A stretch of 38,964 bases of DNA from Octopus bimaculoides (Eukaryota): assembly GCF_001194135.2 (NCBI RefSeq), contig NC_068990.1:66844599-66883562 (forward strand), given 5' to 3'. Within the stretch, counting starts at the first letter, position 1. Each line of letters begins with the position of its first letter. Both the position numbers and the translations under genes were made by a program. Below, one piece after another: positions 1 to 9,169 of the stretch. The notes under the pieces are model-generated. The model ran no database searches and was not told where the DNA came from. It was given only the letters and a program-made list of their open reading frames with translations.

Positions 1-52
<52 letters not shown>

Positions 53-120
53 GACACACACATACATACCTATATGTATGTATGTGTATATGTATGTATG
101 TATATATGTATGTATGCATG
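1..120. repeat. (CA)n and (TATG)n microsatellites
   Basis: Direct inspection. Confidence 0.95.
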
Positions 121-565
121 ACCACAGCTTTAAAACTGAAACAATTTAAAGAATTAAAGAATATATATATTCTTTAATTCACACACACACACATGTAATG
201 TAAATCAGGCACTTAAATGGCAAGGCAGCAGGTCGGGTCGAAAAGTAAAATGTGCACACAACTAAAATAGAGGAATACTAATGCGAGTACTGAAGTACAG
301 GCTGAAGGAGAATTCAATTTATGTACACGATTAGGTAGTATCCGTCTGAATAGATCAATAACCCTGTGGTTAATCGAGAAACGTACATTGTACTAAATGC
401 GCGGTCCATAATATACTTCGGATCTACGGGAGGAGCAGGTTCCTAGAGAGGTGAATAATGAGTAAATAAAACTCAACAGATGGATAATGTTTCAGTTCAT
501 TACAGCTGTCTCCAACGAATTTTTAATTGATTAATGAATACATTAAATCATTCGAAAAAAACGTT

Positions 566-577
566 TATGTATGTATG

Positions 578-616
<39 letters not shown>

Positions 617-1233
617 NNNNNNNNNNNNNNNNNNNNNNNNNNNNNNNNNNNNNNNNNNNNNNNNNNNNNNNNNNNNNNNNNNNNNNNNNNNNNNNNNNNN
701 NNNNNNNNNNNNNNNNNNNNNNNNNNNNNNNNNNNNNNNNNNNNNNNNNNNNNNNNNNNNNNNNNNNNNNNNNNNNNNNNNNNNNNNNNNNNNNNNNNNN
801 NNNNNNNNNNNNNNNNNNNNNNNNNNNNNNNNNNNNNNNNNNNNNNNNNNNNNNNNNNNNNNNNNNNNNNNNNNNNNNNNNNNNNNNNNNNNNNNNNNNN
901 NNNNNNNNNNNNNNNNNNNNNNNNNNNNNNNNNNNNNNNNNNNNNNNNNNNNNNNNNNNNNNNNNNNNNNNNNNNNNNNNNNNNNNNNNNNNNNNNNNNN
1001 NNNNNNNNNNNNNNNNNNNNNNNNNNNNNNNNNNNNNNNNNNNNNNNNNNNNNNNNNNNNNNNNNNNNNNNNNNNNNNNNNNNNNNNNNNNNNNNNNNNN
1101 NNNNNNNNNNNNNNNNNNNNNNNNNNNNNNNNNNNNNNNNNNNNNNNNNNNNNNNNNNNNNNNNNNNNNNNNNNNNNNNNNNNNNNNNNNNNNNNNNNNN
1201 NNNNNNNNNNNNNTATATATATATATATATATT
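566..1233. repeat. (TATG)n/(TA)n microsatellite spanning assembly gap 617-1213
   Basis: TA repeats on both sides of the N run. Confidence 0.95.
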
Positions 1234-1258
1234 ACAGTAAAAGCTTAAATTTTGGACA

Positions 1259-1324
1259 TAGAGTTACCAAAGGTTTCATATTCACAAAGCCAAAGCGTTG
1301 ATGTGGACGGCTCGTCAGACTCTA
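1259..1324 (-). ncRNA. Type I hammerhead ribozyme motif
   Basis: Minus strand reads TAGAGT-CTGACGA-[long imperfect stem II]-GAAA-CC-TTT-GG-TA-ACTCTA. It has a perfect 6-bp stem I, intact CUGANGA and GAAA boxes, a 3-bp stem III and a GUA cleavage triplet. Confidence 0.7.
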
Positions 1325-1424
1325 AACAAAGACAAAATAACTATAAATTTTCTACGCCGCGGACGTGGGGAAACGCTCAGAAATCGAGATTTAAGTCTTA
1401 ACATATAACAACGTTAATGAGGAC

Positions 1425-1792
1425 GAGTTGTCTCCCTTGAATTTAGGAATTCTTTTCTTATCAGAACGATCAGAGTGAGTTTTCCGAGCTATTGCATCTT
1501 CGTAATCACCATTAGACTCATCCAACTCTTTCTGAATCCTCTTTACTGTCATTTGACTGACACCGAAACACTGAGAAATGCTTGTATTGGAGCTTTCGGT
1601 GCGAATATCAAGCAGTACAGCACGTCCTTTCCAAATTTCTGGCAGAGTGAATTGCTTCATGGTGCTATTTTTCTCACTGACAGTACCCAGCTGACCCTAC
1701 TATACTGTGTAGTAGACAAAAGCAAAATCAAACAATGCGCATGCGCAACATTAAAAATATAAAATGAAAATCTACCCATCGCATGCTTTGTA
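1425..1792 (-). mobile_element. 5' fragment of a Tc1/mariner-superfamily DNA transposon (terminus, 5' region, transposase N-terminal HTH)
   Basis: ORF 1660->1425 MKQFTLPEIWKGRAVLLDIRTESSNTSISQCFGVSQMTVKRIQKELDES... has the helix-turn-helix pattern of Tc1/mariner N-termini. It is truncated with no DDD domain, and the likely left end is at a TA near 1792. Confidence 0.7.
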
Positions 1793-1799
1793 TTAGTAC

Positions 1800-1805
1800 A
1801 TATAT

Positions 1806-1843
<38 letters not shown>

Positions 1844-1936
1844 TCACACATACTCGCATATCAATACACTCACACCCAACATATATGTGTGAGCGTGTGT
1901 GTGTGTATGTTTGTGTTTGTGTATTGTGTGTGTATA

Positions 1937-1970
<34 letters not shown>

Positions 1971-1985
1971 TACGTGTGTTAGTGT
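1800..1985. repeat. (TA)n and (TG)n microsatellites
   Basis: Direct inspection. Confidence 0.95.
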
Positions 1986-2514
1986 AGGGGTTTGTGCTGT
2001 GAAACCATAGCGTCTGCAAACGCCATACTTATTGCAGCAAATCACGTGTGAAACGGGCTAAAAGCATAACATTAAAAGCATAATATTACAACTAGAGTAG
2101 CAGCACTATAGTAGCCATAATAAACAGCCAGACTAACTATTTTGAAATCGTTTGGAGTAGATACTGAAAAGCATGCGAGGAATAATTATACGATTTAGTT
2201 GAAGAAGTCTAGGAAGTGAAACGAAAATGTCTGTAACTGAGTTGGTGGGTTACTGTCTGATATGAAGACAAAATTACTCGATTTAATTATGGCTTTTCGA
2301 TGAGTTTTAACAAAACTATGCTGTCTTAAGTTAATCCAAAATTTCACCTAAAAACAGAGAACGAAAATGCTGATAGAAAGCAGCTAATCTGTCAGAAATG
2401 GAGATGGTAAGATATCGTTAATTCTGTGAAATATTTGAAATTGAAAATATGGGAGGCCTCGAGGACAAACATAAGTAAAACATATAGAAGCAATTAAATA
2501 TATTCTTAATAATG

Positions 2515-2578
2515 ACTATTCTTTTGCCCTTTTACTTGCTTCAGTCATTTGACTGCGGTCATGCTGGAGCACCGCCGA
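2515..2578 (-). mobile_element. SINE family A, 3' tail fragment
   Basis: ttacttgcttcagtcatttgactgcggtcatgctggagcaccgcc recurs at about 12365, 24520 and 31740, and inverted at about 32310 and 32990. Confidence 0.8.
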
Positions 2579-2654
2579 CCCGATTGTTTAGTCATTTATT
2601 AATTAACAAGTTTCTTAGTATTTGTTCCATGTTTTTGACACATGATCAGTAATT

Positions 2655-2774
2655 TTAAAGGTGGAAAGACTAGTCGATTACATCGACAGAATTTGAACTT
2701 AGAACGTAAAGCCGGTCGAAATACTGTGAAGCATTTTCCCCGGCATGCTAACGATTCTTCCAACACGCCGCCTT
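2655..2774 (-). mobile_element. SINE family B, internally deleted copy
   Basis: gtcgattacatcgac / atttgaac / ctaacgattc...cgccgcc motifs are shared with 8660-8862 and 9880-10300. Confidence 0.75.
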
Positions 2775-3102
2775 AACAATAACAATAATAATCAAATAAT
2801 GATTATATTGTTTAAGTTATTATGATTTTGTTCGTGAGTTTGTTATAGACCAAGCTGTGATATGATAGTAATATATATTTTATCATGATGCAAGAATATT
2901 ACTTGTTATATGACTGGTGAACTTTGGAAATATACTTTACCACTAGGTTAATATCGGGAGATATAATATACATACAATAATTATAATTTGACTTTTATCA
3001 AATTTCTTGGCCCAATATAACAGAGAAAAACCGTATGCAAGGAAAACAGACCGAATTAAAACATTTAACAACACAAATAAAAATACTTTGCAATTACGGA
3101 TA

Positions 3103-3158
3103 TCCACAAACCAGGTTTCTGCTTTTGGTTATTCAACCTTGAGCTTCGTCAGTGTGGA
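3103..3158 (-). ncRNA. Type I hammerhead ribozyme motif (minimal stem III)
   Basis: Minus strand reads TCCACA-CTGACGA-A-GCT-caa-GGTT-gaat-AACC-aaa-AGC-A-GAAA-CCTGG-TT-TGTGGA. It has a perfect 6-bp stem I, both core boxes, an extended stem II, a near-palindromic ACCTGGT stem III and a GUU triplet. Confidence 0.75.
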
Positions 3159-3344
3159 CCACCAGTTTAAATCCATGACTGGTCACGTTACATGCATACA
3201 TGCATGCATATATACATGGTGACTGTCTACTCCTTATGTAGAGTTTGACCACGTCCTGTATCTACATCTTAGCACCATCATGGCATCTGATGTGACTTTT
3301 TAAACTAGACAATGTTCTGAAAAAACATCCACATAAAAGTGCAG

Positions 3345-3440
3345 AATGTATGTATGTCTTATACATACATACATACATACATACATACATACATGCATAC
3401 ATACATACATATATACATAGACAGATAGGCAGACAGATAG
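3345..3440. repeat. (TACA)n microsatellite
   Basis: Direct inspection. Confidence 0.9.
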
Positions 3441-4145
3441 AAAACGGTTCTTTCTCTAATGGCAAGAAATCTTGAAATAAAGCTGAATAATGAAATACAT
3501 GTATATTTCTAATCCCAGTTAGAGTATCAGTTTCTAAATGTGTTTGGACATCACAAGATACTAAGCCAATAATATTAGGTTTTTGGTTAGAGTAACTTAC
3601 ATCTTTACGTACATCTAAATAATCGATGGTGTTTGGTCGAGTCTCGACGAGTGTTGAGCGAAAGTAGAAATATCAACGTTCGTATCTTGTCATCGTTACG
3701 TCGTCTGTCTATCTTGTGATCATTGTGTTTTCCGTTTTTCGGACTACTTGTCTATAAGCATGAACCTCAGAGTGATACACTACATTGATTTAAACAACAC
3801 TAAAATTAACGAGTGTTTCTCTACATTGCAGTACTGCATATAACATCTACCTTCCATATAACTTGGAAAAGGATGCGCGCCACTAAACAGATTCACATGC
3901 GAATTTGTTGAATAGGTAAGCCAGTAGAACTGCTTCTCATGCAAGCATATTCTGAAAGGCACCGAGATAGTTGAATATCCTAAATAAGAGAGATCAGCTG
4001 TTATTAATTTAAGATTACTGGATCTTGGATTAAAGATTTATGAATGTTTATAGTTTGGGGAAAAAAAATTGATCGCATTTTATTAATAACAATTAATCTG
4101 CTCGTTGCCATGGGAAACACAAATTTTGCTAAGATGCAAAATTTC

Positions 4146-4325
4146 AAGGCAGCGAGCTGGGAGAATCGCTTGCATTTCGCCCGTCTCTTAGTTCAAATTC
4201 CACCAAGGTCGACTTTGCCCTTCATCCTTTCGAAATCGATTAAATAAGCACGAGCTGAACACTGAGGATGATGTAATTGGTTAGTCTCTTCCCGCGAAAA
4301 TTTCAGGTCTGTAGTTGAAAGCATT
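4146..4325 (+). mobile_element. SINE family B copy
   Basis: ggcagcgagctgggagaatcg...gttcaaattccaccaaggtcgactttgcccttcatcctttcg; tRNA-like head plus shared body. Confidence 0.8.
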
Positions 4326-4354
4326 ATATGCCTATTTTCTAGTATACACTCATA

Positions 4355-4380
4355 TACAGAGAGATAAAGAGAGAGAGGGA

Positions 4381-4431
<51 letters not shown>

Positions 4432-4795
4432 NNNNNNNNNNNNNNNNNNNNNNNNNNNNNNNNNNNNNNNNNNNNNNNNNNNNNNNNNNNNNNNNNNNNN
4501 NNNNNNNNNNNNNNNNNNNNNNNNNNNNNNNNNNNNNNNNNNNNNNNNNNNNNNNNNNNNNNNNNNNNNNNNNNNNNNNNNNNNNNNNNNNNNNNNNNNN
4601 NNNNNNNNNNNNNNNNNNNNNNNNNNNNNNNNNNNNNNNNNNNNNNNNNNNNNNNNNNNNNNNNNNNNNNNNNNNNNNNNNNNNNNNNNNNNNNNNNNNN
4701 NNNNNNNNNNNNNNNNNNNNNNNNNNNNNNNNNNNNNGAGAGAGAGAGAGAGAGGGAGAGAGAGATAGACAGAGAGACAGAGAGATGATGATGAT
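4355..4795. repeat. (GA)n microsatellite spanning gap 4432-4737
   Basis: Direct inspection. Confidence 0.95.
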
Positions 4796-4811
4796 GTATG
4801 TATATGTAACA

Positions 4812-6048
4812 TAGAGGTAGCCAAAAGTAACCGGAAACGTTGTTTAGGGACAAGCCCGTTGTTGTTCAGGCTTCCACATTTACAAGCCACTTGATGCGAC
4901 ATTTAGACGTCAGTCTACCGACCGGCGTCATCGGCTGGGGTCGTACTTCTACGTGGTCTGTGTTTTGCAGTGTTCTTCCCTGTTCGTCGATTTTTGCGAT
5001 GGCAGAAAGGAAAGGACAACGGGCTTCCCTGAAATTCTGTTTTCTGCTGGAGAACACGGTGGCCGAAACCGTTGTCATACTTCAAATGCTGCCATGAACA
5101 AAACACAAGTTTATGAGTGGTTTCCAGGCATGAGAAATGGTTATTTGTCGCTTGAAAACCAACCTCGTTTAGAGCGACAGTCGACCTCCCGAACGAACAA
5201 AAACATCACGAAAATTCTTGAACTGATCTTGGAGGACTGCCGTCGAACAATTGACAAACTTATTGATATGAATGGTGTGTCCTGGAGCTCCTGCCAACGA
5301 ATTTTGAGCCAGAAATTGCAAAGGAAAAGAATTGCAGCAAAATTTGTGTTTCGCTTGCTCACGGAAGATCAAAAGTAGTCACGACTAAATGCTAATCGTG
5401 AATTTAAAGAACAGTTGGAAGTTGATCCGAACCTTTTTTTCGGAGGTCATCACTCGTGACAAGAGCTGGCGATATGGCTACGACCAAGAAACGAAGCAGC
5501 AATCAAGTCAATGGAAACATTCAATGTCGTCACTACGCCCTCTAAAAGTGCGTCAAGTCAAGTTCAATGTCAAGATTATGCTTATACCTTTTATCGATGC
5601 TAAAGGAATTGTCTTCACAGAATTTGTTCGTCCTGGTGAAACTATTAACCAGGCATTTTTCTTGGCTGTTCTGAAGCGTTTGCGAGACGCAGTGAGATTG
5701 ATGGCTTCATCACAACACTGCACCTGCACACACCACCTTGAGCCTGAGACAATTTTTGACCGAAGGCGGCATGACCCCACTTACGTACCCTCCTTATTTA
5801 CCCAATCTTGCTCCGTGCAACTTTCTTTAGTTCCCCCGAATGAAAAAAAGGTTTTGAAGGAAAACGTTTTCAGATGTGGAAGAGGTGACGAAAAAAGGAA
5901 CGACGTAAGTATTAAAAGGCATCACTTCGCAAGTGTTCCAGGATTGCTTCGAACGAACAGTGGAAAATGCTTCTGGGCAGAGGNNNNNNNNNNAAAACTA
6001 ATAAAATAATATTACAAAATTCTGGTTTCTTTTGGGTACCCCCTCGTA
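4812..6048 (+). mobile_element. Mariner DNA transposon, near full length (about 1.24 kb), inactive
   Basis: Left end TAgaggtagccaaaagtaaccggaa matches the reverse complement of the right end ttctggtttcttttgggtacccc-ctcgTA. Both ends are TA and a transposase remnant lies between them. Confidence 0.9.
4999..5980 (+). pseudogene. Mariner transposase pseudogene
   Basis: Segments MAERKGQRASLKFCF, KTQVYEWF, IAAKFVFRLLTEDQK*, ITRDKSWRYGYDQETKQQSSQW, WLHHNTAPAH and YPPYLPNLAPCNF correspond to the mariner WVPHEL, DETW, HDNAPAH and YSPDLAP motifs. There are several frameshifts and stops and a short deletion near 5695. Confidence 0.9.
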
Positions 6049-6051
6049 TAC

Positions 6052-6052
6052 A

Positions 6053-6098
<46 letters not shown>

Positions 6099-6128
6099 TG
6101 TGTGCCTGTGTGTGTGTGTGTGTGTGTA
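6052..6128. repeat. (TG)n microsatellite
   Basis: Direct inspection; abuts the right TA end of the mariner. Confidence 0.95.
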
Positions 6129-6246
6129 CAGAAAGTGTTTTCACTTGAATTTTATTCTGTAAGGTTCTATATAGAATCATGAAATAGATAAGTTTTGAAA
6201 ATGAATTCTTTCACAATTAACTCTGTAATATTTTTTATGTGTGCAG

Positions 6247-6650
6247 AAAATACATCGAAAACGGAAGAGGAAGATACCATCCCCTCATTTATGGACGCCA
6301 TGGAGATGAAACTCAATCTACAACCAGGAGAACTCTCGATGCATTACCAATCCACCTACAATTTCTACGATGTAGAGGTCGATTTTGCGGATTTTTACGT
6401 TAATTACGAGACTGTGTTTTTTCAAGATGATTATAAAGTTCTCCCATATCGTGCGAAACGTTATATACAAATTGCTATAGGTGTCATAATTTTAACTGGT
6501 TTCTTCGTTCTAAGTATCCGCAACTCTGATCTACAAGGTCCGACGGTGAAAGAATGGTCCTTACTTAGTTCGATCGGAATCATTTTGCATGTAATTTTGT
6601 TTGAACCCATAAAGGTTGTCATCATTGTAATTTTCCAAATATATCGATGA
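6247..6650 (+). CDS. Probable terminal coding exon of a polycystin-1-like (PKD1L/PKDREJ/LOV-1 family) membrane protein, two TM helices
   Basis: An acceptor tttttatgtgtgcag at 6246 opens a 134-codon frame. LPYRAKRYIQIAIGVIILTGFFVL...KEWSLLSSIGIILHVILFEPIKVVII reproduces the LP-x35-EW-x16-P-x-K spacing I recall for polycystin-1-family TM4-TM5. The stop is TGA at 6648-6650 and AATAAA follows at 6675. Confidence 0.65.
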
Positions 6651-6740
6651 GAGGAATGAAATGTAAACTGAAGAAATAAAGAAAATTTTTGAAAATTTTT
6701 TAGATTTTTTCGTGAAATAATCATTGAATTTATTTAGTTT

Positions 6741-7075
6741 TACTTTACAGAATGTGGTGGAATAAGCAGTTGACAACCGGTTGCACAACATTCACACACC
6801 TCAACAAATGTTAAATCTATCTGTCATTCTTGTGAGATGATGTTCATCTCGCTCCGATATGTACAGTGTTTTTAGTACAAACCCATGAAGAGATTTTATC
6901 TCGGACATTTCTGCAGCATCATATCTTCTAACGGTGTGTATACATTTAATATGATGCACACGTGGTGATTTTAATTTAACGTTATTTCAATTGCATATAC
7001 TGAGTTTGTTTTTTATACGGCCCAGCAAGCATCCGCAATGCCAGTGAATGTTTTAGCCACTGTTTCATCTATATT
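6741..7075 (-). pseudogene. Mab-21/cGAS-like (cGLR) C-terminal helical domain remnant, copy 1
   Basis: Open stretch HHIKCIHTVRRYDAAEMSEIKSLHGFVLKTLYISERDEHHLTRMTDRFN aligns by eye with MAB21L RKKCLSILKTLRD...LNNYHMKTLVSYECEKH...GDRLN using one gap. It is disrupted by stops and frameshifts on both sides. Confidence 0.5.
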
Positions 7076-7310
7076 GAAGAACGAATTTCTTTGAAGTAAG
7101 TCACAATTGAGTGCACGGCATTGACAAACATCAAGACAGGTGAAACGTCTCTGTCGCTCTATTGAGTCACTACAGTGATGATGTTCATCTCGCTTCCAAT
7201 CATATATATGTTTTTTATAGAACAAGTCTATGAAGGGACTGTATCCCAAACACTTCCATATCATCATGCTTTCTAATCATGTTTATACATTTAGTATGAT
7301 AAACAAATGA
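7076..7310 (-). pseudogene. Mab-21/cGAS-like C-terminal remnant, copy 2 (diverged paralogue of copy 1)
   Basis: YHTKCINMIRKHDDMEVFGIQSLHRLVL/(frameshift)KKHIYDWKRDEHH...RFTCLDVCQCRALNCDLLQRNSFF. It shares the 18-mer gatgatgttcatctcgct with copy 1, and the KC codons are 345 bp apart. Confidence 0.45.
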
Positions 7311-7814
7311 CGATAAACTTTATATCATCCCACCCATGACTCCCCATACTTAAGTGCGTATATTTAATTTAAAATCTCGTTCAAAATCTCATTACAACTT
7401 GTGTAATTATTCATTACGCGAATTTTACCTGGTCAGCACTACTACGCCAATATAGAATTTTAGTTATTTTACTAAACTCCATCGAAATTTGAATATATTT
7501 AAAACTCTGTTGAAATACCCATGATGCTTACTCAATAGAAATAACAATGCAGAAGGAGAAGCAGCAAATTATTGGACCCGATGTTTAATCATATAAGGGT
7601 TTGGAAAACCACTTTGTTTATTTTTTAGTCAAGTGGGAAGAGTCAGTGTTCATGACTCTTTACAGGAACCCTAGGATTAGTGGGAGAAAAGAAGGTATTC
7701 TCAAACCGGAAACTTGACAAAAATGCTTGCAAAAAGAGTGGATTCCGCTAAAAGCACTCACGGTATAGGTGTTAAATCGGGTGACGGGTTAAATCTACCA
7801 CTCAGGTGGGCCAA

Positions 7815-8075
7815 AAGTGAAATTTGAACTCGGGATGGAAAGAGCCAGAGCAAATGCTCCAAGGAATTCTCTTCGGCGTTCTTAAAGTCCTGTCAATCCA
7901 ACGCTTCGGTCTGGTTGTTTTATCGTCTCTAAAAATATTTTTTTATAATCTAGGAACAAGGCCCGAAATCGTCTCTAAAAATATTAAAGACAACGTTGGT
8001 CTGAGCGGGATTTGAAGTCAGAGCACACAGAGCCGAAAAAATTTTGAGGCTCTAACGACTCAGCCAGTTCTCCTG
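7815..8075 (-). mobile_element. Two degenerate SINE family B head fragments plus a micro-insertion
   Basis: atttgaactc... and ggatttgaagtcag...ctaacgactcagccagttctcc resemble the family B head. Confidence 0.5.
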
Positions 8076-8416
8076 CATCCCAATTAGATTGGTGTCGAAA
8101 TGACTACGAGGAATTGAATTTTTTTTTGTTCACTAAAATAATATGTTATTTGCGTAATTTAAATCTCTTTCTCGCTAAACCAAAAATCATTTTCTTATAT
8201 CGAAAAGAACAAAATCATTTTCCTTTCTTTTCTGCTGGTTTATTTATTTATTTATGCTATTGCAGTTTCTAAACGTTAATTTCAGATTCTTTGAGGAATA
8301 GTACATTAAAAAAAAGCTTCTCGTTATCCATAAAAGCAATTTGAAATTCACGCCGCGAGCTAATGAAATACTTACCAACCAATAGTTTAACCTTTCGCCA
8401 AGATTCTCACGTTCTC

Positions 8417-8430
8417 GTTGCTTAGGCAAC
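8417..8430. promoter_or_regulatory. RFX X-box-like palindrome GTTGCTTAGGCAAC
   Basis: Fits GTNRCN-N0-3-RGYAAC and lies in non-repeat, relatively CpG-rich sequence. Function is unproven. Confidence 0.35.
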
Positions 8431-8559
8431 TGTTACCAATTTGTTATCTTATTACAACTGGGTTGTTGACTGCCAGGTGTCGTGTTTGTATGTATTACAG
8501 ATATTAAATATTGTTTTGAAATCCAGTACAAGCGTAATAAATAAATAAATTATTGCTGA

Positions 8560-8640
8560 TTGTCGTTGTATTTAGCCCCAGGTGAGAGCTGAATGAGCAG
8601 GCATGTGAACAAAAATGTTCCGACCATGACCATTCCATTT
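8560..8640 (-). mobile_element. Interspersed repeat 3' tail module (also at 30435-30620 on +)
   Basis: gttgtatttagccccaggtgagagctgaatgagcaggc...gaccat is the reverse complement of the degenerate ...gatggttacggc...tactcggtcgtggctggtccgaagtaac. Confidence 0.5.
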
Positions 8641-8659
8641 TTATAATCCCTTCCACCAT

Positions 8660-8862
8660 AAGCACTAGGCCTGACATTTTTGGTGTGGATAGTCGATTAC
8701 ATCGTCCCCTGTACTCGTTTAATCTGGTACTTATTTTATCGATTCCGAAAATATGAAGGCAAAGTCAACCTCGGCGGAATTTGAACTCAGAGCGTAAAGA
8801 TTGACGGAATATCGCTAAATATTTTGTCGCTGCATTAACGATTCTGCTAGTTCGCCGCCTTA
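8660..8862 (-). mobile_element. SINE family B, near complete
   Basis: gtcgattacatcg...tggtacttattttatcga...gaaggcaaagtcaacctcggcggaatttgaactcag...aacgattctgctagttcgccgcc. Confidence 0.85.
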
Positions 8863-9169
8863 TTCCATTTTTATAATAAAGGGGAAAAATCATAGAAAAT
8901 CTCTAGAAAAAACAAAAATAATCAAAAACAATCCGGTGAAGCAAAGAGAACATAAGTGTCTGCTGTAATAAATATTGATTAGGACTGTGGGGTGACAGCG
9001 CTAATCATTGATGTATATAAATACAAGATTAGTACCAGTTCAAATATGCTTGGAGCATATTGGAACCCAACAGAAAGTTATTAGCTGCATTTTGTCATAC
9101 AGAAAATTTCTCCCTGTAGACAAATTGTGTAAATGCACCAAAATCAGCTCGCAACGGCACCTACTCAGA

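Noticed and set aside
527-1301. Long ORFs across N-gaps (also 4339-4902, 17093-17720, 20375-21209, 22452-23179, 33500-34078, 34440-35420)
   Set aside because: They consist of X runs and translated microsatellites (YI, HT, ER, poly-M/H/S/Y), so they are artefacts.
2195-2240. ttgaaga-agtctaggaagt-gaaac-gaaaat-gtc hammerhead-like string
   Set aside because: C3 is missing and stems I and II do not pair.
2357-2406. Possible exon ending at ATG|GTAAGA; also the donor TAG|GTAAGC at 3915
   Set aside because: Acceptors are weak, most frames have stops, and there is no polycystin similarity.
3640-3685. ctcgacga-gtgttgagc-gaaa hammerhead-like string
   Set aside because: There is an insertion in the core box and no convincing stem I or III. 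It may be a very old PLE end but cannot be supported.
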